Of a stretch of 34,779 nt of DNA, positions 12,701 through 24,371 are shown piece after piece. Under the pieces are notes generated by a model that was not told the DNA's origin, searched no databases, and worked only from the letters and a program-made list of their open reading frames with translations. Numbering within the stretch: the stretch's first letter is position 1; the number at the start of each line of letters is the position of its first letter. This DNA comes from Ginkgo biloba (lineage: Eukaryota; Plantae; Ginkgophyta), in the NCBI GenBank assembly GCA_024626585.2, contig JANKJI020000002.1:205081753-205116531 (forward strand), read 5' to 3'. The position numbers and the translations under genes are program-made.

Positions 12701-13899
12701 CACTTAGTGAACCAATAAAAAATCAACTCATATTGTTCGTATGAGTAGGCATTAGATTAGGAACTCCACCTTGTTAAAATTCAATTAAAAGATCTCTAAA
12801 GGGGTCTTAGATATTAGTGAGGAATATCACTTATTCTATGCTAATTATATCATTCCAATAATGGTCATGGAGGTCCTGATCCCCACCTCCTACCCTAAAT
12901 CACCATCTTTGGCTCTCTTATTTTTTTGGAAATTGAACACTCTCAAACCTATGAAACTTGGCATAAAATGATTACTCACTATATTAAATTATATTTCTAT
13001 CCTTAAAAAAGAGAAATTATATAGAAAGGCTCAATATTATAACCATAATGGACATAAAGCCCTAGTTTCACCTAAAATGACCATTTTGGAATATTTTTAG
13101 TGGGGTTTTAAAAGTGAGTCCTAACACCATTTTTTTTTCAATCATTTTAGGAAATACATAACTCAATATTTTTCTCATCTTGGAGGTGAAATCACATTAA
13201 AATACTTAATATTTTTATTAGTAGAGGTGAAAGAAGGCAAGCTTACATGGATGAAAATTCAAAGGATTTAATAAGGATCCTACATTAGACATATAAAAGG
13301 ATTCAATATATTATTAAAATTTTGAACATATATTGATATTTTATATAAATAAATAATTTACATATATTATTTAATATTCATTTAACATTACTCCATATAA
13401 TCACATACTTATAGAAATTATCTACCACTATCATATTCTCTAATTTGTAAGAATATAATAAATGACTTGAAAAATAAACACTTTAACTTGATAAATTTTT
13501 GTGTATGTGTGTGTGTGCATTTGAATTTNNNNNNNNNNNNNNNNNNNNNNNNNNNNNNNNNNNNNNNNNNNNNNNNNNNNNNNNNNNNNNNNNNNNNNNN
13601 NNNNNNNNNNNNNNNNNNNNNNNNNNNNAGAATATGGTGAATAAGATTAAAATAATTTTGGAAAATTTCCAATCATAAGAAGTACTACAAGGTGTTTATT
13701 TAGTTATAGTCACATTGATTACTATAATTTTTACTTCATAAGAACCCTACAATAATTATAAGAAACCCTTACATATTAAAATACATTTGAGGTTGAATCA
13801 GAATTATACATATAGATTCTTGATGGTTAAATAGACATTGAAAATATTGAATCTTATATAAAGAATTAGATGTGTACTAATCATATCCAACCTAAAAAA

Positions 13900-16800
13900 A
13901 TGAAGGGAAAAAATACATATTTTCTAGGCTGAATATGTTAAGAAAGGAATTATTATGGTGGAAGTCTTATTATAGAAAGTAACATAAAGAGAGGAAATTT
14001 CCCATTAGGTGTGGAGAAAGTACAAAAAGAAATTAATATATAAAATCTATCCTCTTAGATATGACGATGAGATGTATCTTAGGTGGTAATACTTGAGGAA
14101 ATAATCAAGATAGATTCTAAAGGAATATCATGAGTTATGAGACTTTATCATTAGGATAGAAGTCAAGGAATCCAAAGAGATGATTCTTGAAGTTTATTGC
14201 AAGCTTACACTATCCATTTTTCCATGAAGAGTATCTCTTCCTATTCCTTTCCATATAAGATTCCTAATAATTTACATTCAAAGTTGAATTAAGGAGGAAT
14301 TACTAACATCCTTTTTAGGTAAGGGTACAGTTAAGACTTCCTATTTATCTTCTTATAGTTCCAAAGGTAAATAATATAATCTCTATGGAAAAAAAAATGA
14401 TTACAATATTTATGGGAATAAGAAGTATGGTTACTATAATTAGAGAATCCATGATAGAGTAAATTGCTAAATTTCACCTAGAGACAACACCTAGATCTCT
14501 CCATATGAAGGATAGAATGAAAAATCAGAATGAATATGAGATGATCATAACATTAGATGAGATAGATTCCTATTTAGTATTGGTGAACACCAAAAAGGAT
14601 AATACATAAAAGGATAAATTGATCACACTTAAGATGTAGATCAAGAATGAGATTATGTCAACCATATTAGATACCGAGAATCAAAATAACTTGGTTGCAA
14701 CATCCATAGTTTAAAATATTAGTTTGTAATCCATGCCATTTCCATATACCTATAAAATTAACGGAAGAACATATGATGATATCTAGTAGGTAATCACTCA
14801 ATATAATTTATAGTTAAAATGTAAAATACAAATGAATTAGGTTGTGATGTAGTACTCGTGGATTATGTTATTGTTCCTTTAGGGATACCTTTCCTTCATT
14901 ATATGAAAGTAGATATATTCACTTTTTTAGATGAGTGAATTTTGCATAAGGATCATTCATCCATAATTCTTAAATAAATATATACATATAAATAATAGTG
15001 TTAGTAACCAATTCATAGGCCAAGTAATTATTGCAATAATATCATAATTTTTTGTTGATTGTGTTAAGGAACAATAAGATTCAAGTTGTGAGGATAGGAA
15101 ATAATTGGAATATTCTATACATGATAGGGATCAAAATTAATATTTGGATGGCATTTTATAAGAATCATAGACGTATTCATAGAGCCACATTGTATACCAT
15201 AAAAATAACCCATATCTCATGTTAATGATCTTTGACCAGATCCATATTTTATGAATGGGGGGTGTTATAATAAAATTCCATAATTAAATATAAATATATC
15301 AAGAAGTATTTGGAGGATTTATTAGAGAAAGGGTATATCAATCCTAATTCCTTCCTATGTAGATCACTTATGATACTATCACCTAAGAAGTATGATACTA
15401 GTAATAAAATTACAATTAAAAATATATATCATCTTCCTATAATTCATTATTTTATTGATCAATTACAATGAGATAAAAAATTTATCAAAATTGATTTGAA
15501 ATTTGGTTATCATGAAGTCATAATTAGAGAGGAACTCAAAAGATAATTTCTAAGACAAAGAATTCTCTCTTTGAGTTGTTAATCATGTCATTTATACTAA
15601 CTCATTTTCCAAAGACATTCATGATATTGATTAATGATGATATTTAAGAATATTTAGAATTTTCATCATTTTACACCTGGATAGAATGCTTAAATTTGGT
15701 CTCTCTTGGGGGATAATATTATACACATTTAAAGGATATTATAAAAATTAAGAGAGAATTAACTATAAGTAAATATGGGAAAGTGTTGCTTTATTATGCA
15801 TAGTATTCCATATATTATTATTGATAATTTTGGATTNNNNNNNNNNAACTAAACCCATTATAAATAGAGGTTTTGATATACTAAGAAAGACCTACTTATG
15901 TTTATGATCTTCATAACTTTCTTGGATTAGAAAAATTTTATAGGATATTTGTACAAGGATTCTTATATATTTATTTTTCCCTTAATTAGTTCCCAAACTA
16001 TAATAAGATACTTTTTATTTGTTAAACATAATATGTGTATAACTATTGTTCTAATAATTCCAAATATATAATAACCTTTTTAGGTAGAATAAGATGCNNN
16101 NNNNNNNNNNNNNNNNNNNNNNNNNNNNNNNNNNNNNNNNNNNNNNNNNNNNNNNNNNNNNNNNNNNNNNNNNNNNNNNNNNNNNNNNNNNNNNNNNNNN
16201 NNNNNNNNNNNNNNNNNNNNNNNNNNNNNNNNNNNNNNNNNNNNNNNNNNNNNNNNNNNNNNNNNNNNNNNNNNNNNNNNNNNNNNNNNNNNNNNNNNNN
16301 NNNNNNNNNNNNNNNNNNNNNNNNNNNNNNNNNNNNNNNNNNNNNNNNNNNNNNNNNNNNNNNNNNNNNNNNNNNNNNNNNNNNNNNNNNNNNNNNNNNN
16401 NNNNNNNNNNNNNNNNNNNNNNNNNNNNNNNNNNNNNNNNNNNNNNNNNNNNNNNNNNNNNNNNNNNNNNNNNNNNNNNNNNNNNNNNNNNNNNNNNNNN
16501 NNATTTGATTCTATTATGGACAGGTTATAAGATCCATAATTTTTCAAAGAGTATGTTATAATATGTTTTTATCTTAATGATGGTTGAAATTTTATTTATG
16601 TCCTATACATGAATTTCATATCATATTTGGTGATAAAGGCACAACATTCAAGATTTGTTGGTAAAATTAGGATGGAGAAGACTCTATGAAATATACAATC
16701 GTACTTTTATTATCCTAAAGTGGAAGTAAATGTAGAGAAACATATCAAATCTTATTATTTATNNNNNNNNNNNNNNNNNNNNNNNNNNNNNNNNNNNNNA

Positions 16801-17635
16801 AGAAGATTGAAATGTATAATCCTCTACCAATTCTTGATAGTCTTTAGGAGTTTATTTCAATGGATTTTTTTGGTGGATTACCCACTAATCAATATGGAAA
16901 TGACTAAATCTTTATTAATATGTTTAAAAACTTGGCCATAGTCATGGTTTATTATATGTCCCTATGTACACCATAAATTATAAAATACTTCTACATCCAT
17001 ATTTTTGTTCATTAGGAGTTGTATTCATTTATTATTTAAGATTTAGGTACTAATTTTCTTAACCATTCATAGACCACTTTATGGAGAATGTTGAATAAAA
17101 ATTGAAGAGATCAATTTCCTTACACCCAGAAATAGATGGATAGCCAGAGGTGGTAAAACAAACACTTATGTAAACATTGTGTATTCATAATTATCATAAC
17201 CTAATATATAGGATGTGTCACATACATATATATAACATAGTTATGATAGGTGTTTACATCACTCTCTTGTGAGTTTTTTTTTTAATTCCTAGATATATTT
17301 ATAAATCACACATTATTCTTCTTAGTTTATTCAAGACATTTATTTATTTTACTTAGAACAAAAATATTATATATAGGTATTTATCTATGTTAAGAATATT
17401 TAAAGAATTCATACATAGTTGTATAGGGATTTGATGAGAACACAAGAAAATCATAAATAAAAAGGTGACAAACATAAGGAAAGAAAAATTTTTTAGGTGA
17501 GGGATAGAGTATGTATATATCTACTAACATAAATATTTAAGGAGAAGAAGAGTCAGATAAAACCACTTAGATATGGACTATACACCATTTTGAAAATTAT
17601 TAGAGAATAATTTTCATAATTTCCTCCTTTTATGG
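13900..17635 (+). mobile_element. Degenerate Ty3/gypsy (chromovirus, CRM-like) internal region: gag-PR-RT-RH-IN
   Basis: gag LLWWKS, WRKYKKKLIYKIYPLRYDDEMYLRW*YLR (~13950-14100). PR ILDTENQNNL...PYTYKI...CDVV...LGIPFL (~14664-14895). RT EDLLEKGYI...NKITIKNIYHLPII...KIDLKFGYHEV (~15313-15520), FLGLEKFYRIFVQGF (~15917-15962). IN PLPI..SL*EFISMDFFGGLP (~16820-16883), HPEIDG*PEVV (~17123-17155), KPLRYG (~17560-17577). Domain order is gypsy. Confidence 0.9.
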
Positions 17636-17795
17636 NNNNNNNNNNNNNNNNNNNNNNNNNNNNNNNNNNNNNNNNNNNNNNNNNNNNNNNNNNNNNNNNN
17701 NNNNNNNNNNNNNNNNNNNNNNNNNNNNNNNNNNNCCATTGTTACTTCAACCATTAATTATTATTTCCACTTGATTATCGTGGTTCATGTTTGGT

Positions 17796-17942
17796 TCCCT
17801 AAATAAGTTAGGGAGTGATAGGGGACCCAAGGAGACATGAATGAATCCATTACTTTGACACATATGATCTCTCCCTATTTTAATGAAGACTCAAAGGAAC
17901 TTTATTTTTTATTTTCATATCACTCCCTAACCTAGTTAGGGA
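17796..17942. repeat. 25-bp inverted repeat with 97-bp spacer; each arm internally palindromic
   Basis: Arm 1 (17796-17820) is tccctaaataagttagggagtgata. Arm 2 (17918-17942) is tatcactccctaacctagttaggga. Their reverse-complement match is 23/25. Confidence 0.8.
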
Positions 17943-18469
17943 TAATACTCCTGCAAGGAGGAGAAATGACCTTATTTTGGAGGTCCTTCCTTGGTCAAGC
18001 TAGGGTAAAAATTCTCCTAAGGGGAGAAATATCCATAATTTATACCTTTTTACCTAGTATTAACATTATTTACTAATTTAATGAGGTACTATCATACCCA
18101 CCCATGGGGTATACAGATCCACCTCAATCCTACTACCATGCATCCTAGTACATATAATCCATGCTATTATTGGTGAATTTTTTTAAAAGAGTGAGTATAT
18201 AAGGCACTTAATAGGTAATAGAATATTTTTAAACATTGAGAAAAATATTATAAAACCATTCGTTGGGCCAAAAGATTAGCGTGGAATAATAATGAACATG
18301 TTCAACATATGGTAGCAAAGTTAGGTGAGGAATAGTATGAGAGGTTTGATCAACTCTTTTGTGAATGGATTTAGGAAGAGCATGGATCAAGCATTTATTT
18401 ATATTTTAGGATAACACACAAGTATGAGAATAAAATGGGTGGGATTGGAAAGAATAAATAATTAAGAGG

Positions 18470-19090
18470 GGTCTAGTGTGGGAAATTCACCTACCTTTAC
18501 CACCTTCTTAACAAAAATAGTTTATTTTTCCTTGATGATAATGAGAGGTGAGGACTTTTTAAAAAACTCTTCTTGATGATATATGTTCTAATGCTTCATG
18601 TGATCCAATTCCTCTTATAGGGTCATCCCCCTTGATGAATTGGATAAGAATTCAAACTTGTGAATCCTATCCCCATGTCTTGGTCTTTTCTATGATGTCA
18701 GTGTAAGAATTGGAGGATCTAAAAGGAGGTTGATGAGATAAGATGAGAGAAACAATGCATCACCTTTGAGAAAATTCCTTCCTCAAATCAACTAGACCCT
18801 CTAGAGGAGGATTGTGATAGTCATGACATATATGGTACATCATCTAAAATAAAGACTTTGAGGCCATAGAATGATTGCATCCTTTTGCATCTCAAAATAA
18901 TGAATGTACTTATTTACCACATGAATATTTATCTTGAATATTCTCTCTAATTATAGAAAACATTTTCCATAATTTTATTCTTCCTATGATTTAGGAGAAT
19001 GTCATATGTACTAACCACCTCACCTTTAATACTTAATTATTTGATGGAATATACCATAATTAGTATTTTATGGAATAAATAAATTTATTA
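18470..19090 (-). mobile_element. Possible 3' end of another gypsy element (integrase C-terminus/chromodomain-like)
   Basis: Heavily eroded minus-strand motifs (SFYGLKVFI; KTKTWG*DSQV*ILIQFIKGDD; GKINYFC*EGGK) loosely resembling RFYGPF, the chromodomain YLVxWKG, and EDKxxFxEGG preceding a PPT. Confidence 0.3.
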
Positions 19091-22000
19091 CATGTTATTT
19101 ATACAATGNNNNNNNNNNNNNNNNNNNNNNNNNNNNNNNNNNNNNNNNNNNNNNNNNNNNNNNNNNNNNNNNNNNNNNNNNNNNNNNNNNNNNNNNNNNN
19201 NNNNNNNNCCTTTTCAAGTAGAATCCAAGGAAAGTTAACTTTATTGGCATTGGGTCCCACTCATCTACTATCATGCACGAGGCCATTCTCCCTAGTTCAT
19301 TTGAAGTCTTTTGATAGGGGGCATCCTAATAAAGGAGTGACTTCCTAATTTATGCTTCCCAAAAGCATGCATTTGTATCCTATAATACCTACTTGCCTCA
19401 TAATTTAACTTTCTAAATTGTAGAGTGGCATTATTTCTGGTTCCCCCAGGTCTTACTTCTGAGATCTAGATCATCACCTCTTTTGATGATATTGGGATCC
19501 ATAGACACTTTAGACTCTTGGTAGGTTTTGAGGTTCAACATTTCATTTAGCTAATTTTTGCTTAGTGAGCTTAGATTAATGTGTCAAAATGAGGCATTAA
19601 AACTATCTACTAATGATCCATAAAAATAGCTAAAAAGTGATATTAATTAGAGTGATTGATTTCAAAACAAGATTATTATTCTTAGATATGGTAATCCATG
19701 GCATGGTTTATGATTTCTTCCTTAATATTCACATATAACTTTGGTTTACAAGATACAATATTGGGTAAAAGTGGAGGACACATTGGATTAATAACTAAAC
19801 GATTATTAAAAAGTGATTGGATATTTTTTTTCCTAATGTTCTTAAAGAAAGGAACACATTGGGATGGTCTGTGTATTATTTACTAAAAANNNNNNNNNNN
19901 NNNNNNNNNNNNNNNNATTTACTGCCTAAAGTCAATATGGTGAAGGATGTATATGAATGGAGGGATTTTCAAGGGCTAGTGGTAAATCCTTAGGAATTAG
20001 AAAAAATCTATTGGATACTAAAATGGAGGTAATTATTACTAATTAGATGTTGAAACCAATGTAGAAAAAAGTATTCCTAAAGACCAAGGGAATTCAAGAT
20101 GATAAACTAAGATATATGCAATAATGTGATTAAAATACTCACTAATTAATTATTAGTAAGGTGTTAGAGTTAGGATCTAAGAAATAACAATAGTATTATA
20201 TTTAGACCTTAACAAACAACATCATTTACATCTGAGTAAAAATAAAATAAATTAGATTATTTAAGTATATTTCTCAAGGTTTTTGAATAATTTTTGAAAT
20301 AAGGAAATTAAATGCATGTAGATTAAGTTTCTCTTAGTTATAGTAATGAAAGTGATATAAATATAATCCTATAAGAACTCTTTATTGAAAAATCCAAGAA
20401 TCATCTCAAGGATAAAAATATTTATGATCCTTAGTGATGAATCCAAGTTAAGGCCATGGGTTAGGTTTGCAAATTCAAAGAAGAAACTTGATTGAATAAG
20501 GATTACACTTTTTAAAACACAATCAAATTAATATCATTGGTAATAATATATGAGGGGTATTTCCCATCATAATTAAAACCATATACTATACCCCCCTTAG
20601 GGATCTTCCAATCAAATTTGAACAAGATGGTTTTTTAAACTAGGAGTCTAATTAGCCTNNNNNNNNNNNNNNNNNNNNNNNNNNNNNNNNNNNNNNNNNN
20701 NNNNNNNNNNNNNNNNNNNNNNNNNNNNNNNNNNNNNNNNNNNNNNNNNNNNNNNNNNNNNNNNNNNNNNNNNNNNNNNNNNNNNNNNNNNNNNNNNNNN
20801 NNNNNNNNNNNNNNNNNNNNNNNNNNNNNNNNNNNNNNNNNNNNNNNNNNNNNNNNNNNNNNNNNNNNNNNNNNNNNNNNNNNNNNNNNNNNNNNNNNNN
20901 NNNNNNNNNNNNNNNNNNNNNNNNNNNNNNNNNNNNNNNNNNNNNNNNNNNNNNNNNNNNNNNNNNNNNNNNNNNATGTAATTTGTAATCTATATTAGTC
21001 ATAATTATCCATTTGATTTAGTATTGCACTGATCTTAATTGGTATGTTGAATTAGTTTAGTGGTATGTTTTCAATAAGAAACATTAAAATTTTAGGGTGA
21101 ACAAAACCTATAAGTTTGTTTATCCATGGGGTTTATCTTATACTAATATGTATTTTGTCTTTTAGGATTGTCCCACGATTGAGAGTGGTAGTACTATAAA
21201 ATTTAAGAGCTTACAAGTACAAGATAAAAAGAGAAGAAGAATATTGATACATGGCTTTATGATGGGGAGTTTATAAATAACATACATGGGATAGCAATGA
21301 TTAGAACAAGAATGTATAGTATTAGAAAAATAATCTTAAATATTATATTATAAAATGGAGATCGATGAGCATTCCACAAATGTATAAAGACTATTATAGG
21401 CAGAAGTGGATCCTTAAAAATATTTTATTGAAAGAGGAGAATTATATAATTACTAAAAGAAAGTAATGGGAAACAGAAGAATGAGGATTTACTCCAAGGA
21501 GGCCAAGACAATGCTCCACTCTCTCTCCTCAATTTGATCTTCTTAAACTATGGAATTATTTCTATTTTCTTAAGACTAAGCAAAAATGATAGGTATCAAT
21601 TCATAGTTTAGAGACTTATAGTCTTGATTTGACCAATAAGGGAGAAAATATTGTTATGTATCATTCGACAATCTAATAGATCTTTAAATATGGTAGTATA
21701 ATCTTTCTTTGTTATGTACTAAATGCTAATCTAATAAAGTCTTTGTACCTTCCCTTATATTTTATAATAATTCTTATCGAAGTGCCTTCTTTATATAATT
21801 AAAAGGAAGAAGGTTCATGTCCTTCAAATTCTCACAAGGTCATTCCTTTTTACCTCCATGCATGGGATTAATTTCATCCCTCCATGTATGAGATGGATTT
21901 TGTCTTAGTAATTTCTCACTTCATTTTCGCTATAAAGAAGTGTTCTTATTAGGTTGTGAGGATTATTTCTAACTATCAAATAAGAAATTATACATATTCA

Positions 22001-24320
22001 AATATTCTCATTTGACTTTGCCATGGTCAAATAAGAGCTAAAACATGTAGATATATTTAACTCTTCGTATATGGTATCAAACATTATATATTTACAAAAT
22101 GCCAATGTCTATTATAAGAAGGTTGTTCAATGAGCTTCATCATGGTCTCTTATATAAATTTATAAATAGTTAAATTATCTTAAAACCAATCCATATCTTG
22201 TCATGAAAAATTCAGGAGCTCGAGAATTTTTCTTTACTTGTATAAATTAGCACATTGCATATAATTCATTATCAAGTTAAATAACTAATGATAAAAATTA
22301 CCTTCATTCTTATTGAATTGTAACTTCTACTTTATTTGAATTAAAATAAGGGAGTCNNNNNNNNNNNNNNNNNNNNNNNNNNNNNNNNNNNNNNNNNNNN
22401 NNNNNNNNNNNNNNNNNNNNNNNNNNNNNNNNNNNNNNNNNNNNNNNNNNNNNNNNNNNNNNNNNNNNNNNNNNNNNNNNNNNNNNNNNNNNNNNNNNNN
22501 NNNNNNNNNNNNNNNNNNNNNNNNNNNNNNNNNNNNNNNNNNNNNNNNNNNNNNNNNNNNNNNNNNNNNNNNNNNNNNNNNNNNNNNNNNNNNNNNNNNN
22601 NNNNNNNNNNNNNAACAAAGTAATATGAAATAGAATAATTTCTCACTTCTATCTAGAATGAGTATAATCTTAATCTAGCACATCCAAACTAACATCTCCA
22701 TTAGTTATGAGATAAAGATTTCATAGAAGTAGATTATTCTATACTTGTGGTCCAAACATAGTCATTTTAATAAAAAATTACTTGGATCATTTACACCTGA
22801 GATTAATTCCTAAAGAAGCTTCTACATATTCATTTAATTTTATAGCTTCTAAGCTTCATTAATTCCTATCCATTTTTTTCCTAAAAGGTTAAAATTATTT
22901 TTTTCACAAACATAGTTCATTAATCTTGCCAACAATTGTTCTTCATATAAAATTAATAAACTTTTGACTTTGTATCTTTATTAGAAAAAAAATGTGAATG
23001 CCTTCATTAATGTCAAACACAATAACTTAAGTATTATTATTAGATCCCATTTTATGTCTAAAATCAAAAGTGAAACCTATCTATGTTTAATTAAAGAAAA
23101 TATTGATTGATAAATTTCCACTTTTTCCTTTGAGAGTGATCATTTATTTTTTACATGGTCCTTTTTACACTAAGTAACCAAGAAGATTTACCTCCCCTTT
23201 AATTCCTTATTCTTTATCCATGATTCTATGTATATATATTCAATTCCAAAGTAGAAATATCTCCATTCACCTTCAATATCAAAACACATTCATATCTTCC
23301 CAAGGTAATTATTTTTAAATTTTTTAATTAAAACTATTTCCTTGATTTAGATTTTCTCAATCCAACTAAGTCAATTACTGAGATCTTAAGTTGGACATGA
23401 GTGTGTCTAGATTAATCTTCTTACCTTTATTTACAACATTAAAAGTAAAAAAAGAAACTATAATAAATAGTAAAATAAGCTTAAGCAAAAATAGAGAAAA
23501 ATGTAGATTCATCTTTGATCACTTTATAATGTAATTCTGTCTCAAAGTTCTTTTTATTTACAAAATTTCTAAAGTCTAATTCTACTCCTTTTCAATAGTG
23601 AAATTTTTTTATTTAAAATGAATAAGTAAAAAATTAGATTGTGCAACATAATTGAAAGATATCAATTAATTCTTAGTTTACTCAATGATGTGGATAAATA
23701 TTCATTTTCATAGCTTAAGAAAATTCTTGACTTTAAAACTCCTTTTACAAAATTAAACATTTCAAGTTACAATATATGTTGAATTATGCTAAAAAAGTGA
23801 AAGATGTAAATTCATTCTTGAAACAAAGAATAATATTATGATATTCTACAACATTCCTTATATCTACAATCCCTTGTCAAAACTAAAACTTTACATCTAA
23901 GAGATAATATAATGAATTATTAAATTATGTTACAGAGCTACACATATGTGTATGTGTGTTGTTAGGGGGTGAGGGATGTTAAGGGTTGGGGTGGTGGTGG
24001 GATTACTTATAATATTAATGCTAGATTAAGGATATAGGTCCTTAAAAAAATGTGAATGTAATAACCCTTATCTAGTGGGAAGAATAAAAATGATTTATAA
24101 ATATTTCATGAATGCATATGATCTATTTCATAATGGGAAAAAATAAGAGTGCAATTTTTTTTTCCCATTTCTTTGCATATTAATGATAATGCTTTTAGAC
24201 ATAAACAAAGTAAAGGATGCAACATTACACTTGTTATAATTTATTGCTAGATTATCTTATCCCAAATTAATGTTATATTCTATATTGTATTTCTCAATCA
24301 ATTTAGGCCATAACACTTAT

Positions 24321-24326
24321 TTTATT
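24321..24326 (-). terminator. Candidate polyadenylation signal (AATAAA) of FAR-B
   Basis: AATAAA on the minus strand ~46 nt after the stop; a second copy lies at 24240-24245. Confidence 0.3.
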
Positions 24327-24371
24327 ATCCATATTGGATTTTAGCACAACTTTACAACTCATTTCTTTCCT

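Noticed and set aside
19209-23400. Probable further decayed TE sequence (possibly LINE-like)
   Set aside because: No diagnostic motif could be read with confidence. The same applies to ~9800-13500 and ~29375-31100.
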